DNA of 64,000 nt from the sequence record KM606994; one strand, written 5' to 3'. The DNA is from Escherichia phage RB3. The translations under genes were made by a program, and so were the position numbers. Below are positions 22,447 through 31,688 of the stretch, one piece after another (the first letter of the stretch is position 1; the number at the start of each line of letters is the position of its first letter). Under the pieces are notes generated by a model. The model did not search any database and had not been told where the DNA came from. It saw only the letters and a program-made list of their open reading frames with translations.

Positions 22447-22500
22447 TCCTCATGTTATGTCAGTAAGTCTACTATAACACAACACGAGGGACTTGTAAAC
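22447..22500 (-). repeat. 54-bp early promoter/leader cassette, copy A
   Basis: Hand alignment: 52 of 54 nt identical to 37922-37975. Confidence 0.85.
22471..22500 (-). promoter_or_regulatory. Early-type promoter (GTTTAC -35, TATAGT -10) upstream of alt.-3
   Basis: GTTTAC-18 nt-TATAGT on minus strand; part of a 54-bp repeat. Confidence 0.6.
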
Positions 22501-24557
22501 TACATTTTGAACTTTTTAGACATTCCGTTGATGTTAACCAAAGAAGCTAATATTTGAGAAACTTCGTTTTCCTCTTCTTTTGATTCTTCTACAAGGAATT
22601 GATTAAATCCAGCCATTGGACGAACTTCACCAGTTTCCATTAAATGGTCTCCATCATATACTGATTCTTCTAATTGTTCAGAAGGAGGAACGATTGTACC
22701 TTCGATTAGATACTTGTTATAAGCAGTTTCTTTCATAAAGTACGTACTTACTTTATTAATCTTCAGTAAAATTCCGCGCGGTAGAATAACTTCAGCTTCT
22801 GATGGAAATCCTGATAAATGACCTGGAACGATAACTTTGATTCGCTCAGCTCCTTTAATTACCATACCCACGCTAGTTTCAGCATCTTCATTAGCATATG
22901 TAGAATGACTACCCATATGCATCAAATCTTCTGCATCAACGGAACCTTCTCCTTCACCAGAAAATACTGCGCCGGAATCATCTAGAGCCATATAGTTTTT
23001 ACCATGCTCACCGAAGATATTTGGTTTAAGCGATGTGGATACGAAGTTCTTGAAATAGAACATTTTGTTTTCAATGTTATGACGCAAAGTTTTAAAGGTA
23101 ACTTCTTGTCCACGATAAAGCGTAGTTCCTGGAGGAAGAACTGAACCTTTAGCGAATGCAGAATCAAGCGTCTCAATATGTTTAATAGCTCGTTCCATAT
23201 ATTCTTCACGGGTAGAATCTGGTTTACCCAAAAGGAACGAGTTCATTTCAACATATGAATCTGCACAATAATCTTCAATTACATCAGATTCAGCTTGAGT
23301 TAATCCTTTTGGAGTTACTTCGGTGCTTGCGTATTCATATGCCTGGGCAGCAGATTCATTAATCAATTTATAAATGCCATTCATGACAAATTGAATAATA
23401 GCTGTCTTTTCATCTGGCGTAGCTTTAGAACCTTTAACTAAATCATTAATAATTTTCTTAATAACATCAAAGCTATTAGAAATATTAATGTCAGCAAGAT
23501 CGCTTAAAATTTTATCAGTTTTATAATCAAAGAATTCTTTATTCTTTAAATATTCTTGAGAACCTTGATACGATATATCGCTCTGCAACTTGATAGATGG
23601 ATCACGTAAACGTGCATGGGCTAATGCAATATGATTTCGGAAACTTTCTAGTTCATAATCGTTAGATTTAAAACGAGAAGCACTTCTCATACCACCGATA
23701 GCTCCTTTGCCGAAGTTTGAACCAATCTGAATAACGCCAGAGTTCATTGGTCCTTCTGCTTTATATACCGGAACTTTAGATTCAAACTCTTGATATTTCT
23801 TGGCAGCGAAGCTATCACCCTGAAGTGAAGCATCGACAGTAGAATATTGAGCTTGTGCTGCTAATCGACGACTAATTTTAGTTTTTTGAATAACAGCTTG
23901 ATCCGTGCGCTTATCATTTTCTAAAGCAATAGAAGCAGCAACAGCGACAGCTTTAGGAACAGCATTACCTGTTTTAACATCTACATAAACATCACCGACC
24001 TTTGATTCAACTTTTGTGAATAACTCAGTTGAAATAGGAGGTACACCTGGAATGTCTTCTAAATTGGCATTTTTACGGTAAACCATAATATATGCATACT
24101 TTTTATCATAGTCCCAGATTTCCTTTAAAAGAACATATCGACCTGCTCCTTTAGTACGTACTAAACGGTCAGCAATAACTTGCATTTGACGAGCAGCGCC
24201 ATTTGTTTTACTTTTTAGTACGCGGAATAGGCATGCGTCAATTTTATACTGTTTCATTGTTTGAAGAGCAGTATCAAAAACAGCATTAATGACGCCAATT
24301 GGATTTCCACCCAAGTTTCTAAGCTTAACCAGCGATAATTTCTCGTTGACACCTATCATTACGATATGCATCATTTTATCGCCTGGCTTAACGTTTTTAT
24401 TCGTATCACCACCAGAGGTGTATGTACAAAATCTAAATCCAGGAAGCACGCTTTCTTCGCCGGCTTGAATAGCAAAAATTTGTGGTATTTTATGCTTAGG
24501 ATTTAAGTTAACAACCGGCGCCGAAGCGCCGTCAAATAATTCTGTAATAAGTTCCAT
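22500..24557 (-). CDS. Alt-like ADP-ribosyltransferase paralogue (downstream copy)
   Basis: 685 aa; N-terminus MELITELFD... close to the upstream copy; R-S-E ART motifs (LYRGQ, FVSTSL, EAEVILPRG); start 3 nt after the upstream copy's stop. Confidence 0.8.
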   Translation of the reverse strand: MELITELFDGASAPVVNLNPKHKIPQIFAIQAGEESVLPGFRFCTYTSGGDTNKNVKPGDKMMHIVMIGVNEKLSLVKLRNLGGNPIGVINAVFDTALQTMKQYKIDACLFRVLKSKTNGAARQMQVIADRLVRTKGAGRYVLLKEIWDYDKKYAYIMVYRKNANLEDIPGVPPISTELFTKVESKVGDVYVDVKTGNAVPKAVAVAASIALENDKRTDQAVIQKTKISRRLAAQAQYSTVDASLQGDSFAAKKYQEFESKVPVYKAEGPMNSGVIQIGSNFGKGAIGGMRSASRFKSNDYELESFRNHIALAHARLRDPSIKLQSDISYQGSQEYLKNKEFFDYKTDKILSDLADINISNSFDVIKKIINDLVKGSKATPDEKTAIIQFVMNGIYKLINESAAQAYEYASTEVTPKGLTQAESDVIEDYCADSYVEMNSFLLGKPDSTREEYMERAIKHIETLDSAFAKGSVLPPGTTLYRGQEVTFKTLRHNIENKMFYFKNFVSTSLKPNIFGEHGKNYMALDDSGAVFSGEGEGSVDAEDLMHMGSHSTYANEDAETSVGMVIKGAERIKVIVPGHLSGFPSEAEVILPRGILLKINKVSTYFMKETAYNKYLIEGTIVPPSEQLEESVYDGDHLMETGEVRPMAGFNQFLVEESKEEENEVSQILASLVNINGMSKKFKM

Positions 24558-24560
24558 GAT

Positions 24561-26654
24561 TTATCCTTGAACGAACTTGTAAGGCATGTTTGTAATATCT
24601 ATGCAAGACGCAATAATTCCAAGAGATGATTCTGCTTTCTGTTTAACGTTTGATGAAACAAATGATGCAAAGTCAACTCTGTCTTCTATTTCAATATCAC
24701 CTGTCATTGCAACTACTTCACCGGTTTCCATTAAATGGTCTCCGTCATAGATTACCGATTCGGTGAGTTCTTCGGTGGTCATAACTTCAGCTTGAATGAG
24801 TTTTGTATTATTAGATGTTGTTCCGTCATTATTAGAAGCATCAGTTATTTTATTAACTTTGACCATCAATCCACGCGGTAGAATAACTTCAGCTTCTGTT
24901 GCTATTCCGAGACTTCCTGGATATACAACATTAACTTTATGAGCTCCATCAATTGCCCATCCTATTTGAACTTTAACGTATTCAGGATTTTCTTTATACG
25001 CTCTTATTTCGTTTGGATTAATAGTTATTCCTTCTTCATTTTTATCAACTGTTAATTCATTGCGAGCTTCTGGTTCTAAAAGACCAATACCAGCATGTGT
25101 AATTCCAAAACGTCCAAAAATGATAGGAGTTAAAGAAGTAGATACAAAATTTCTGAAATAGAACACTTTATTTTTAACTAGTGCTTCGTATATAGGAGCA
25201 GTCATACTTTGAGCACGATAAACTGTAATGCCTTCTGGTATACGGTCACCATTTTCAAAAGCTGAATCTAAATTATTTATCGCAGATTCAATTTCTTTTT
25301 CACTCATTACATCATATCGTTCTGGATTGTAGCGGCCTAAAAGAAGATTATTGATGTCAGTATATCCTGATCCACAATACTCTCTAATACCGCGCTTTTG
25401 CGATGGAGTATATTTAGAACCATCACGGGCAATAGTAATATCAATCATTGGACCTGCACCAATTCCAGAAAAACTATAAATCATTCGTTTGAGGAATTTA
25501 GTTTTTGCTGAGTTCCAAGAATTTTTAGTTATTTCTTCCCAGACTTCATCTGGCTGCCCTTTACGAGTTTTATTATGTTTATCAAGCCAATTATCTTTAT
25601 ATTCTTCAAAGAATTGATTAACAGCTGCTGCGTATTTCTCTAAACATTTTATTGAAGTAGTTGGTTCATTTTTAATCGCATTAAGAATTACATCTTTAAT
25701 TTTTTCAGAAACTTCATTAACCTCACTTTTTGAAAAGAATTTATAGTCATAGTGAAGTTCATCTGCGGTTCCTTCGGCAATGATTTTTGCTGCCTTAGTT
25801 TTAGAAGCTAATGAATTAATTCCAAGCTTCATTTCTTCTGCTTCGGGAATTAAAGGAGCAGTAGCAGGTTTATTGAAATTAGCTGCGGTAGATTCATACT
25901 TCTGGAATAATTCACTTTCAAATCTAGAAGACTCTAACGATTGACTTTGTGCAATTGCTCTACGTGAAATTTTAACTTTAACGATTACAGCTTGGTCAGA
26001 ACGTTTATCATTTTCTTGCGCAATAGATGCTGCAATTGCCTCATTTTTAGTTACTTGGGCTCCAGTATCTTTATTGATATAAACATCACCGACCTTCGAT
26101 TCAACTTTAGTAAAGAGCTCAGTACTAATTTCCGGAACTCCCGGAATGTCTTCTAGTGATACATTTTTGCGATGTATAAGAATATATGCATACTTTTTAT
26201 CGTAATCCCAGAGTTCCTTAAGAAGGACGTATCTGCCACCTGAACGACTGCGGATGAGTCTATCAGCAATAAGTTGAATTTGTCGAGCTTGACCGGCGGT
26301 TTTAGACTTAAGAATACGAAGCATGCAGGCATCAATTTTATACTGACGCATTGTTTGCATTGCAACAGTAAAAACCGAATTGATATAATTAATTGGGCTT
26401 GGACCAAGACCTTTCAATTTAGCAATTGAACCTTTAGCGGTTAATGTAAAAGGAACAATATGCATCATTTTATCGCCCATTTTTAAATCGCGATTAGTAT
26501 CACCTCCAGATGTATAGGTACATAAACGAAAGCCTGGTTGTTCAATTGCATCATCAACATGAACTGAAAAAATTTGCGGTATTTTCTTCTTTGGATTTAA
26601 GTTTGTAATCGGAAGAGTAGTATCTTCGTCAAATAATTCTGTAATAAGTTCCAT
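24561..26654 (-). CDS. alt: Alt ADP-ribosyltransferase (head-packaged, injected)
   Basis: 697 aa from second Met; R-S-E motifs (VYRAQ, FVSTSL, EAEVILPRG); late promoter upstream; adjacent to alt.1 and gene 30. Confidence 0.85.
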   Translation of the reverse strand: MELITELFDEDTTLPITNLNPKKKIPQIFSVHVDDAIEQPGFRLCTYTSGGDTNRDLKMGDKMMHIVPFTLTAKGSIAKLKGLGPSPINYINSVFTVAMQTMRQYKIDACMLRILKSKTAGQARQIQLIADRLIRSRSGGRYVLLKELWDYDKKYAYILIHRKNVSLEDIPGVPEISTELFTKVESKVGDVYINKDTGAQVTKNEAIAASIAQENDKRSDQAVIVKVKISRRAIAQSQSLESSRFESELFQKYESTAANFNKPATAPLIPEAEEMKLGINSLASKTKAAKIIAEGTADELHYDYKFFSKSEVNEVSEKIKDVILNAIKNEPTTSIKCLEKYAAAVNQFFEEYKDNWLDKHNKTRKGQPDEVWEEITKNSWNSAKTKFLKRMIYSFSGIGAGPMIDITIARDGSKYTPSQKRGIREYCGSGYTDINNLLLGRYNPERYDVMSEKEIESAINNLDSAFENGDRIPEGITVYRAQSMTAPIYEALVKNKVFYFRNFVSTSLTPIIFGRFGITHAGIGLLEPEARNELTVDKNEEGITINPNEIRAYKENPEYVKVQIGWAIDGAHKVNVVYPGSLGIATEAEVILPRGLMVKVNKITDASNNDGTTSNNTKLIQAEVMTTEELTESVIYDGDHLMETGEVVAMTGDIEIEDRVDFASFVSSNVKQKAESSLGIIASCIDITNMPYKFVQG

Positions 26655-26677
26655 CATAGCCTCTCTAGTGTTTATTC

Positions 26678-26685
26678 TATTTATA
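26678..26685 (-). promoter_or_regulatory. Late promoter TATAAATA (alt)
   Basis: Exact TATAAATA on minus strand about 20 nt upstream of alt start. Confidence 0.65.
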
Positions 26686-26706
26686 AAATTAAAGGCCCGA
26701 AGGCCT
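26685..26706 (-). terminator. Terminator/hairpin after alt.1
   Basis: Minus strand AGGCC-UUCG-GGCCU directly after stop, then U-rich. Confidence 0.6.
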
Positions 26707-26895
26707 TTAGTAATCTAGTGGTAAGAGAGTACGATATATTTCAAACTTCGGTCCTTTTTCATAGGCATCAAATGTTTCTGTAAATTTGTTATAAGCGTAT
26801 GCATCTACAAATTCGAGAATGACTTGTGATACAGAAGTAGAAACATCTCCACCTTCTTTTTGAGCAATGACAATTGTTTCTAAGTAAGCTTTCAT
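26707..26895 (-). CDS. Hypothetical small protein (alt.1 position)
   Basis: 62-aa ORF between gene 30 and alt; followed by UUCG hairpin. Confidence 0.5.
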   Translation of the reverse strand: MKAYLETIVIAQKEGGDVSTSVSQVILEFVDAYAYNKFTETFDAYEKGPKFEIYRTLLPLDY

Positions 26896-28355
26896 AGACC
26901 AGTTACCTCATGAAAATCACCAAATACATCCTCGAATGTATTAGCTTTAGTTTTATCTTCACGTAAACGAATCGCAATCGGAAGAAATAATTTAACGTAA
27001 TCAGTGCGGCCATCAGATTTTAACCAACCGTTGCATTCGCACTCTAGAATTTTTCCAATATAATAATTTTGGTTTTCCATAATGCGAGTACGGTCAAGTT
27101 CATGCGATTTTACACCGGCTTTATCTTTTAAGCCTGAACCAGCATTTACTTTAATTTTTCCACACTCTGACTCAAGAATAAATCCACCTGCTTTAGTAGG
27201 GTCTTTACGGTGAGGATAAATTCCTACAATTTTTAAATCAACATCAATTACTTCTTTAAATTTATAGAGATTTTTTGAACGAGCATTTTCCCATAATCCA
27301 TCGATATTTTTGAGAATAATACCTTCAAGACCTTGGTCAATATACTTTTTATAAATTACCTTAGCTTCATCTAAGTTATTTACTACTTGGTTTTCAATTA
27401 AAATTACTTTATCATATCCTGATGTCATTTGTTCTAGTTTAGAAAAACGTACATCATATTTCAAACGAAATGCAGGAAGACCGTATATTTCTACCAACGG
27501 TACATAATCCCAGACCTGAAACTTCATGCACTGTGCTTCTTTTTCAGAAATGGTTCCCTTTAAAGATTTATTGGCGATGCCATTAGATGCAGTACGTGAT
27601 TCAGCTACTTCGGCGAATTCTTTAGCTTTACTAATTTCAGGATAAGCATCAAAAAGAAAATCTAGGCCTTCTGGCTCCTTTTTAACTTGCTCATGGTATA
27701 CCAATTCGCCATCAATTAACACACCTTCTGGATGAATCTGGCGGGCTTCAGCGGTCATTTTGATTAACTCTTCCTTAAGAAGATCTAATCCTAGATATTC
27801 ATTACCAGCTCGTGATAAAAGACGAACATCATCTAATTCATCACCTCTAACTTCAGCAAAACACCGAGCTCCATCAGCTTTTAACTGGGCAAAAGCTGGA
27901 AATTTGATATTCTTATTAATGCCTTTTTCATCATAAGAACTTGCAAGCATTTGAGGTTGTTCAGGAATTAAACCTGGCCAAACTTTGTTTGCAATAGATA
28001 CCGAAGCACCGCATTCAAGGTCTCGCATCATCACCCGACGCAAAACTTCAACATCATCTTTTTTACCGTCAGTAATATATCCAGTTAATTCCTCAATTGC
28101 CGCATTTCCAGTCAATTTCCGAGTAGCTAACGTGAATTCAATGAAGTCAAGCATATCGGTAAGAGTCAACATTCCAAAACTCTGGGTAGCAATACCAGGT
28201 TTAGGCCATTTCTTGATATAATACTGTAACCCACGAGAATAAGTCAGACGATATACCCGTTTAAGCAATTCATTATCTTTATTCTTTTCAAGAATTGCTT
28301 GCTTCTGCTTAGTTGAACCAATAGATGCTATTTCGTTCAGAATTTTAAGAATCAT
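26892..28355 (-). CDS. 30: ATP-dependent DNA ligase gp30
   Basis: 487 aa; ligase motif I KADGAR. Confidence 0.93.
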   Translation of the reverse strand: MILKILNEIASIGSTKQKQAILEKNKDNELLKRVYRLTYSRGLQYYIKKWPKPGIATQSFGMLTLTDMLDFIEFTLATRKLTGNAAIEELTGYITDGKKDDVEVLRRVMMRDLECGASVSIANKVWPGLIPEQPQMLASSYDEKGINKNIKFPAFAQLKADGARCFAEVRGDELDDVRLLSRAGNEYLGLDLLKEELIKMTAEARQIHPEGVLIDGELVYHEQVKKEPEGLDFLFDAYPEISKAKEFAEVAESRTASNGIANKSLKGTISEKEAQCMKFQVWDYVPLVEIYGLPAFRLKYDVRFSKLEQMTSGYDKVILIENQVVNNLDEAKVIYKKYIDQGLEGIILKNIDGLWENARSKNLYKFKEVIDVDLKIVGIYPHRKDPTKAGGFILESECGKIKVNAGSGLKDKAGVKSHELDRTRIMENQNYYIGKILECECNGWLKSDGRTDYVKLFLPIAIRLREDKTKANTFEDVFGDFHEVTGL

Positions 28356-28621
28356 TGTTCATCCTTTAGAGTTTGGTTTACAGCTCTATTATAAATCAAT
28401 TCATCATTAAGCTCAGTCAAAGACCTGTGGTACGTGGTTCTAACTTTATTTCCTTGCATCCAGTGCTTGACGTAAATGAAACCTTGCTCTACACATTTTT
28501 TAAAAATTCGTTCGTCTTTTTGAGCTCGGAATTCTGGATTGCATCTAAAAAATTGATTTACGTGACCGTAATCACGTGTAGTATTACCTTCATTTTCATA
28601 AATAGTATGAACAACAAACAT
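28352..28621 (-). CDS. Hypothetical protein (30.1 position)
   Basis: 89-aa ORF, synteny. Confidence 0.5.
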   Translation of the reverse strand: MFVVHTIYENEGNTTRDYGHVNQFFRCNPEFRAQKDERIFKKCVEQGFIYVKHWMQGNKVRTTYHRSLTELNDELIYNRAVNQTLKDEQ

Positions 28622-29460
28622 TAGAATGCTCCTTGGAAAATATTATCACCACTAGTAGGTCTATTATACAAATACCCTATGCCGCCAGGTTTAATATAGT
28701 TCCATGTCTGAAACGGATGTGTCTGATATGGATGATATAGATGATTATAAGGATTAAACCCAGGAGTTCTCCAGGTAGTGTTCCAAGGAAAAGAATCGTT
28801 TTTGATCATCTTCTCAATTACATCTTTTATAACTTTTTCACTATCAAAACTTTCTTTATTTTCCTTCGATGGAAAAAGCTTATTCTCTACATCATTCCAT
28901 GTATAAACTCGCTGTGCAGTTTTTGGAATACTGTCACGCTCCCCTCGAACCATCCAATAAACAGGAACATTTAATATTTCACTCGCGTGATCGCAATGGT
29001 GAGCGAGATCGTCAATATAACAAATTACGTTATATTTCTCTTTTGCCTTTTTGAACAACTCTTCTTTTGAAGAATCATGACTACACATCAGTACTTCTGA
29101 GAAGGCACCAGGAAAAAGAGCATTCAAATTAAATTGACGATTCAGCAGAGCGTCAATAGAATCACCCAATGCTGTAACAGCTACAAAATTATAATCTTCT
29201 TTTAATTTGTTAATTACACACAGGGCATCTTTATATGGAGACAAGTAACGAATAAAATCTGAACGATTGTATTTTTCAATTAACTTGACGCCAAGTTCTT
29301 CATCACAATTAAAGAGTTTACCAGGAGAAATAAATTTCTCATCTTGGATCATTTTTAAAATATGTTCTAACGGAAGATTATATTTCTGAGCAAAATAAGG
29401 AAGGCCTGATTGCCAGCTTAAACATACTCCATCAATATCAGTTAAAATAGTAGGCTTCAT
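28621..29460 (-). CDS. HAD-superfamily hydrolase-like protein (30.2 position)
   Basis: 279 aa; N-terminal HAD motif I (ILTDIDGV). Confidence 0.6.
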   Translation of the reverse strand: MKPTILTDIDGVCLSWQSGLPYFAQKYNLPLEHILKMIQDEKFISPGKLFNCDEELGVKLIEKYNRSDFIRYLSPYKDALCVINKLKEDYNFVAVTALGDSIDALLNRQFNLNALFPGAFSEVLMCSHDSSKEELFKKAKEKYNVICYIDDLAHHCDHASEILNVPVYWMVRGERDSIPKTAQRVYTWNDVENKLFPSKENKESFDSEKVIKDVIEKMIKNDSFPWNTTWRTPGFNPYNHLYHPYQTHPFQTWNYIKPGGIGYLYNRPTSGDNIFQGAF

Positions 29461-29921
29461 AGAGAGTCTCTTAATAGGTTTAACACATCAATAAATTCAG
29501 CTTCAGTTAGTATTGTATCATCTTTTGTTAGACCACTAGCCATGCTGTGCTTCAAAACTTTTCCTTTCGAGGCTTGTAATGCATCACGAAAGCCCTTGTT
29601 TTGGATCGCTGCTTCAAAATATGCATTTGTATACAGCTCTTTCCACGCCGGGGAGTATCTTGAAAACGGAACTCCAATCCAGAAGAGGGTCCCACGGTCC
29701 TGAGCTCTAGCATAAGACCTTCCAGCTTGTTGGGCGGCAAGCCCGGATAACCCAAATATACGACGTTGTTGTTCAACATTTTTCACCTTGCATCCTTGGA
29801 GGAATCCTTCAAGACCTCCAAATTGAATACCATCCATAACGAAAGGCCATTGGGCGAAATTACTTAATGCACATGATGGCCACCTAAAATTGTTTCTAAT
29901 CTCTAACTCAGACATTTTCAA
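29457..29921 (-). CDS. NADAR (YbiA/DUF1768)-family protein (30.3 position)
   Basis: 154 aa; WPSCALSNFAQWPFVMDG...F pattern parallels E. coli YbiA FSNFAAWPIKVDG. Confidence 0.65.
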   Translation of the reverse strand: MKMSELEIRNNFRWPSCALSNFAQWPFVMDGIQFGGLEGFLQGCKVKNVEQQRRIFGLSGLAAQQAGRSYARAQDRGTLFWIGVPFSRYSPAWKELYTNAYFEAAIQNKGFRDALQASKGKVLKHSMASGLTKDDTILTEAEFIDVLNLLRDSL

Positions 29922-30114
29922 TGCTTATAATTTCAACATCAGCCCAATGACCATAGCAAGGAAGACGAAATTCAACTGGCCAGTTAGGGTCCTTTTCTAA
30001 TATAATAGACTTAACTTGTGGTTCTTCATGTTCATCAGTATATGGATTTTTATCTGTTACTTTATATGTGACCTTAATGTACTGAATTCCAAAAATCTTA
30101 TTAATTATATTCAT
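29908..30114 (-). CDS. Hypothetical small protein
   Basis: 68-aa ORF in 30.x operon. Confidence 0.45.
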   Translation of the reverse strand: MNIINKIFGIQYIKVTYKVTDKNPYTDEHEEPQVKSIILEKDPNWPVEFRLPCYGHWADVEIISIENV

Positions 30115-30308
30115 ACTAGTTCCTTTAATCCGTAAATAGGAGATAATTCATCACCCATACGAAGGTCTTCATTTCCATCTACCCAGGAAACAATATAAGC
30201 CTCTTTTATTTGAACACCACTCCATTTAAATGGAGGTAGAACCTTAGAAATTAATCCAGGTATACCAACTCCCTTTAATTCAACAGTTTGACCTAAAAAG
30301 AATTTCAT
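30111..30308 (-). CDS. Hypothetical small protein
   Basis: 65-aa ORF in 30.x operon. Confidence 0.45.
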   Translation of the reverse strand: MKFFLGQTVELKGVGIPGLISKVLPPFKWSGVQIKEAYIVSWVDGNEDLRMGDELSPIYGLKELV

Positions 30309-30595
30309 TAGAACCTCATCTGAAAACCGTGCGATTTAACATTACCGCCACCAATATCAGAGATATTAATTTCGCGCGCAATTGAAGGGTCAATGTCAAT
30401 TTCGCGATTGAGTTTAGTGATAGCTAAAGTATCGCGCCCATTTACAGTACGAAACTCTAAAGGACAAACCACATCAACATAGTTTTTAATCGATTCGCTA
30501 GTAGGTTGCAAATGTGCAGGAAGGTCTTTAGGCGCCTTTGAGAAAACTACTTCGCAGAAGTTTTTACGGGTATCAAAATAAGTAGTCATAAACAT
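30308..30595 (-). CDS. Hypothetical protein; start placed at internal Met
   Basis: ORF-track start at 30646 would place a GC hairpin inside the coding region; the ATG at 30595 has SD GAGGAAAA. Confidence 0.4.
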   Translation of the reverse strand: MFMTTYFDTRKNFCEVVFSKAPKDLPAHLQPTSESIKNYVDVVCPLEFRTVNGRDTLAITKLNREIDIDPSIAREINISDIGGGNVKSHGFQMRF

Positions 30596-30635
30596 AACAT
30601 TTTCCTCAGTAAGGGGCCAAAGCCCCTCATTTATT

Positions 30636-31013
30636 TTAAATATCAAATTCGTTAAGAACTACATCAAAGATTGCTTCAAGATGCTCAGGTTTAGCTCTGT
30701 TACTCAGAATATGACGAATCCAAGTTTTAACCAAAAGCTTGCGATTAGCACCATTCCAGCAAGGATGAGTCCCTAAATCACGTTGACGAAAATCATCATC
30801 CAGAGCGATTTTGAAGTTTGAACCTTCCATTGTGATTGAAACCGTGATGCCATTTTCAAATCGCATATAAACGTAGTTAGGAGTCATATACTGTTCAATT
30901 TCGCATACTGATCCATTTTGATGTTTCCAAAGGCAGATGGTATCAATAGAACCTGCAATACCATTAGAAACATATTTACGTTCAAAGTTGATGTAGTTCA
31001 TTTTATTCTCCAA
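30636..31013 (-). CDS. Hypothetical protein
   Basis: 125-aa ORF with early promoter upstream. Confidence 0.5.
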   Translation of the reverse strand: MENKMNYINFERKYVSNGIAGSIDTICLWKHQNGSVCEIEQYMTPNYVYMRFENGITVSITMEGSNFKIALDDDFRQRDLGTHPCWNGANRKLLVKTWIRHILSNRAKPEHLEAIFDVVLNEFDI

Positions 31014-31037
31014 GATGTTTAATTGCGGTACAGGTAT

Positions 31038-31066
31038 ATAATATCATATCCTGCACCAAAGTAAAC
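31038..31066 (-). promoter_or_regulatory. Early promoter upstream of ORF 30636-31013
   Basis: GTTTAC-17 nt-TATTAT on minus strand. Confidence 0.6.
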
Positions 31067-31068
31067 AA

Positions 31069-31401
31069 TTATTTTACTACTTTCCAATGCTGCATGTCAA
31101 GTTTACCAACTTTTTTCATCTTCTCAATTAAGCGTTCGGCACGTTGGCGAGCTGTAACATAATACCATTCACCTAATTCATTTTGTTCAATTTTTCCAAC
31201 GATTACTGTATTTAATTCATAAATCCAACCAGTAAAGAAATTATGAACTTGAATTGTAAAGGTGAAATCTGTTCCCATACCTTCTGTTGTTTCTACTTCA
31301 ATAATATCACCTTCAACTGCCATTAAGAACCACATAGTTTCATCATATTTACCATTGAAGCATTTAGTTTTAACTGCAGCGTTCAGATTAATCGTTTTCA
31401 T
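31069..31401 (-). CDS. Hypothetical protein
   Basis: 110-aa ORF with early promoter and SD GGAGAATAAA upstream. Confidence 0.5.
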   Translation of the reverse strand: MKTINLNAAVKTKCFNGKYDETMWFLMAVEGDIIEVETTEGMGTDFTFTIQVHNFFTGWIYELNTVIVGKIEQNELGEWYYVTARQRAERLIEKMKKVGKLDMQHWKVVK

Positions 31402-31428
31402 TTTATTCTCCTTTGTTTGTGTAAGATA

Positions 31429-31458
31429 ATACTATCACAAAGGAGCTATACTGTAAAC
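31429..31458 (-). promoter_or_regulatory. Early promoter upstream of ORF 31069-31401
   Basis: GTTTAC-18 nt-TAGTAT on minus strand. Confidence 0.55.
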
Positions 31459-31511
31459 AACTTTATGCAATCTTTGGAAAATAAAAAAGGACTCCCGAAG
31501 GAGTCCTCAAC

Positions 31512-31688
31512 TTATGCTTTCTGCTTACCAAAACGAGAAGCATCATCTCGAAGAACCGCACGCGCTCGGCGCATGATCTTCTCAACAGTTTGATTGATAC
31601 GAGAGTTCGACCCACGCTTGTAGCCAGCGCGTTTAGAATCACCAACTTTCTTTTCAACTGCTTTCTTTGCTTTAACTTGTTTTGCCAT
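31512..31688 (-). CDS. Small basic protein (30.9 position)
   Basis: 58 aa from MAKQVKAKK...; lysine/arginine rich. Confidence 0.45.
   Translation of the reverse strand: MAKQVKAKKAVEKKVGDSKRAGYKRGSNSRINQTVEKIMRRARAVLRDDASRFGKQKA

Noticed and set aside
22500-26657. Possibility that the two alt genes are an assembly duplication artefact
   Set aside because: Their central regions are unrelated and the homologous parts diverge at many positions, so they are true paralogues rather than a collapsed or duplicated read.
30614-30627. GGGGC-CAAA-GCCCC hairpin as a rho-independent terminator
   Set aside because: No U-run follows on the transcribed minus strand; more likely an RNA stability or processing hairpin. 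It was used only to argue for a downstream start of the next ORF.
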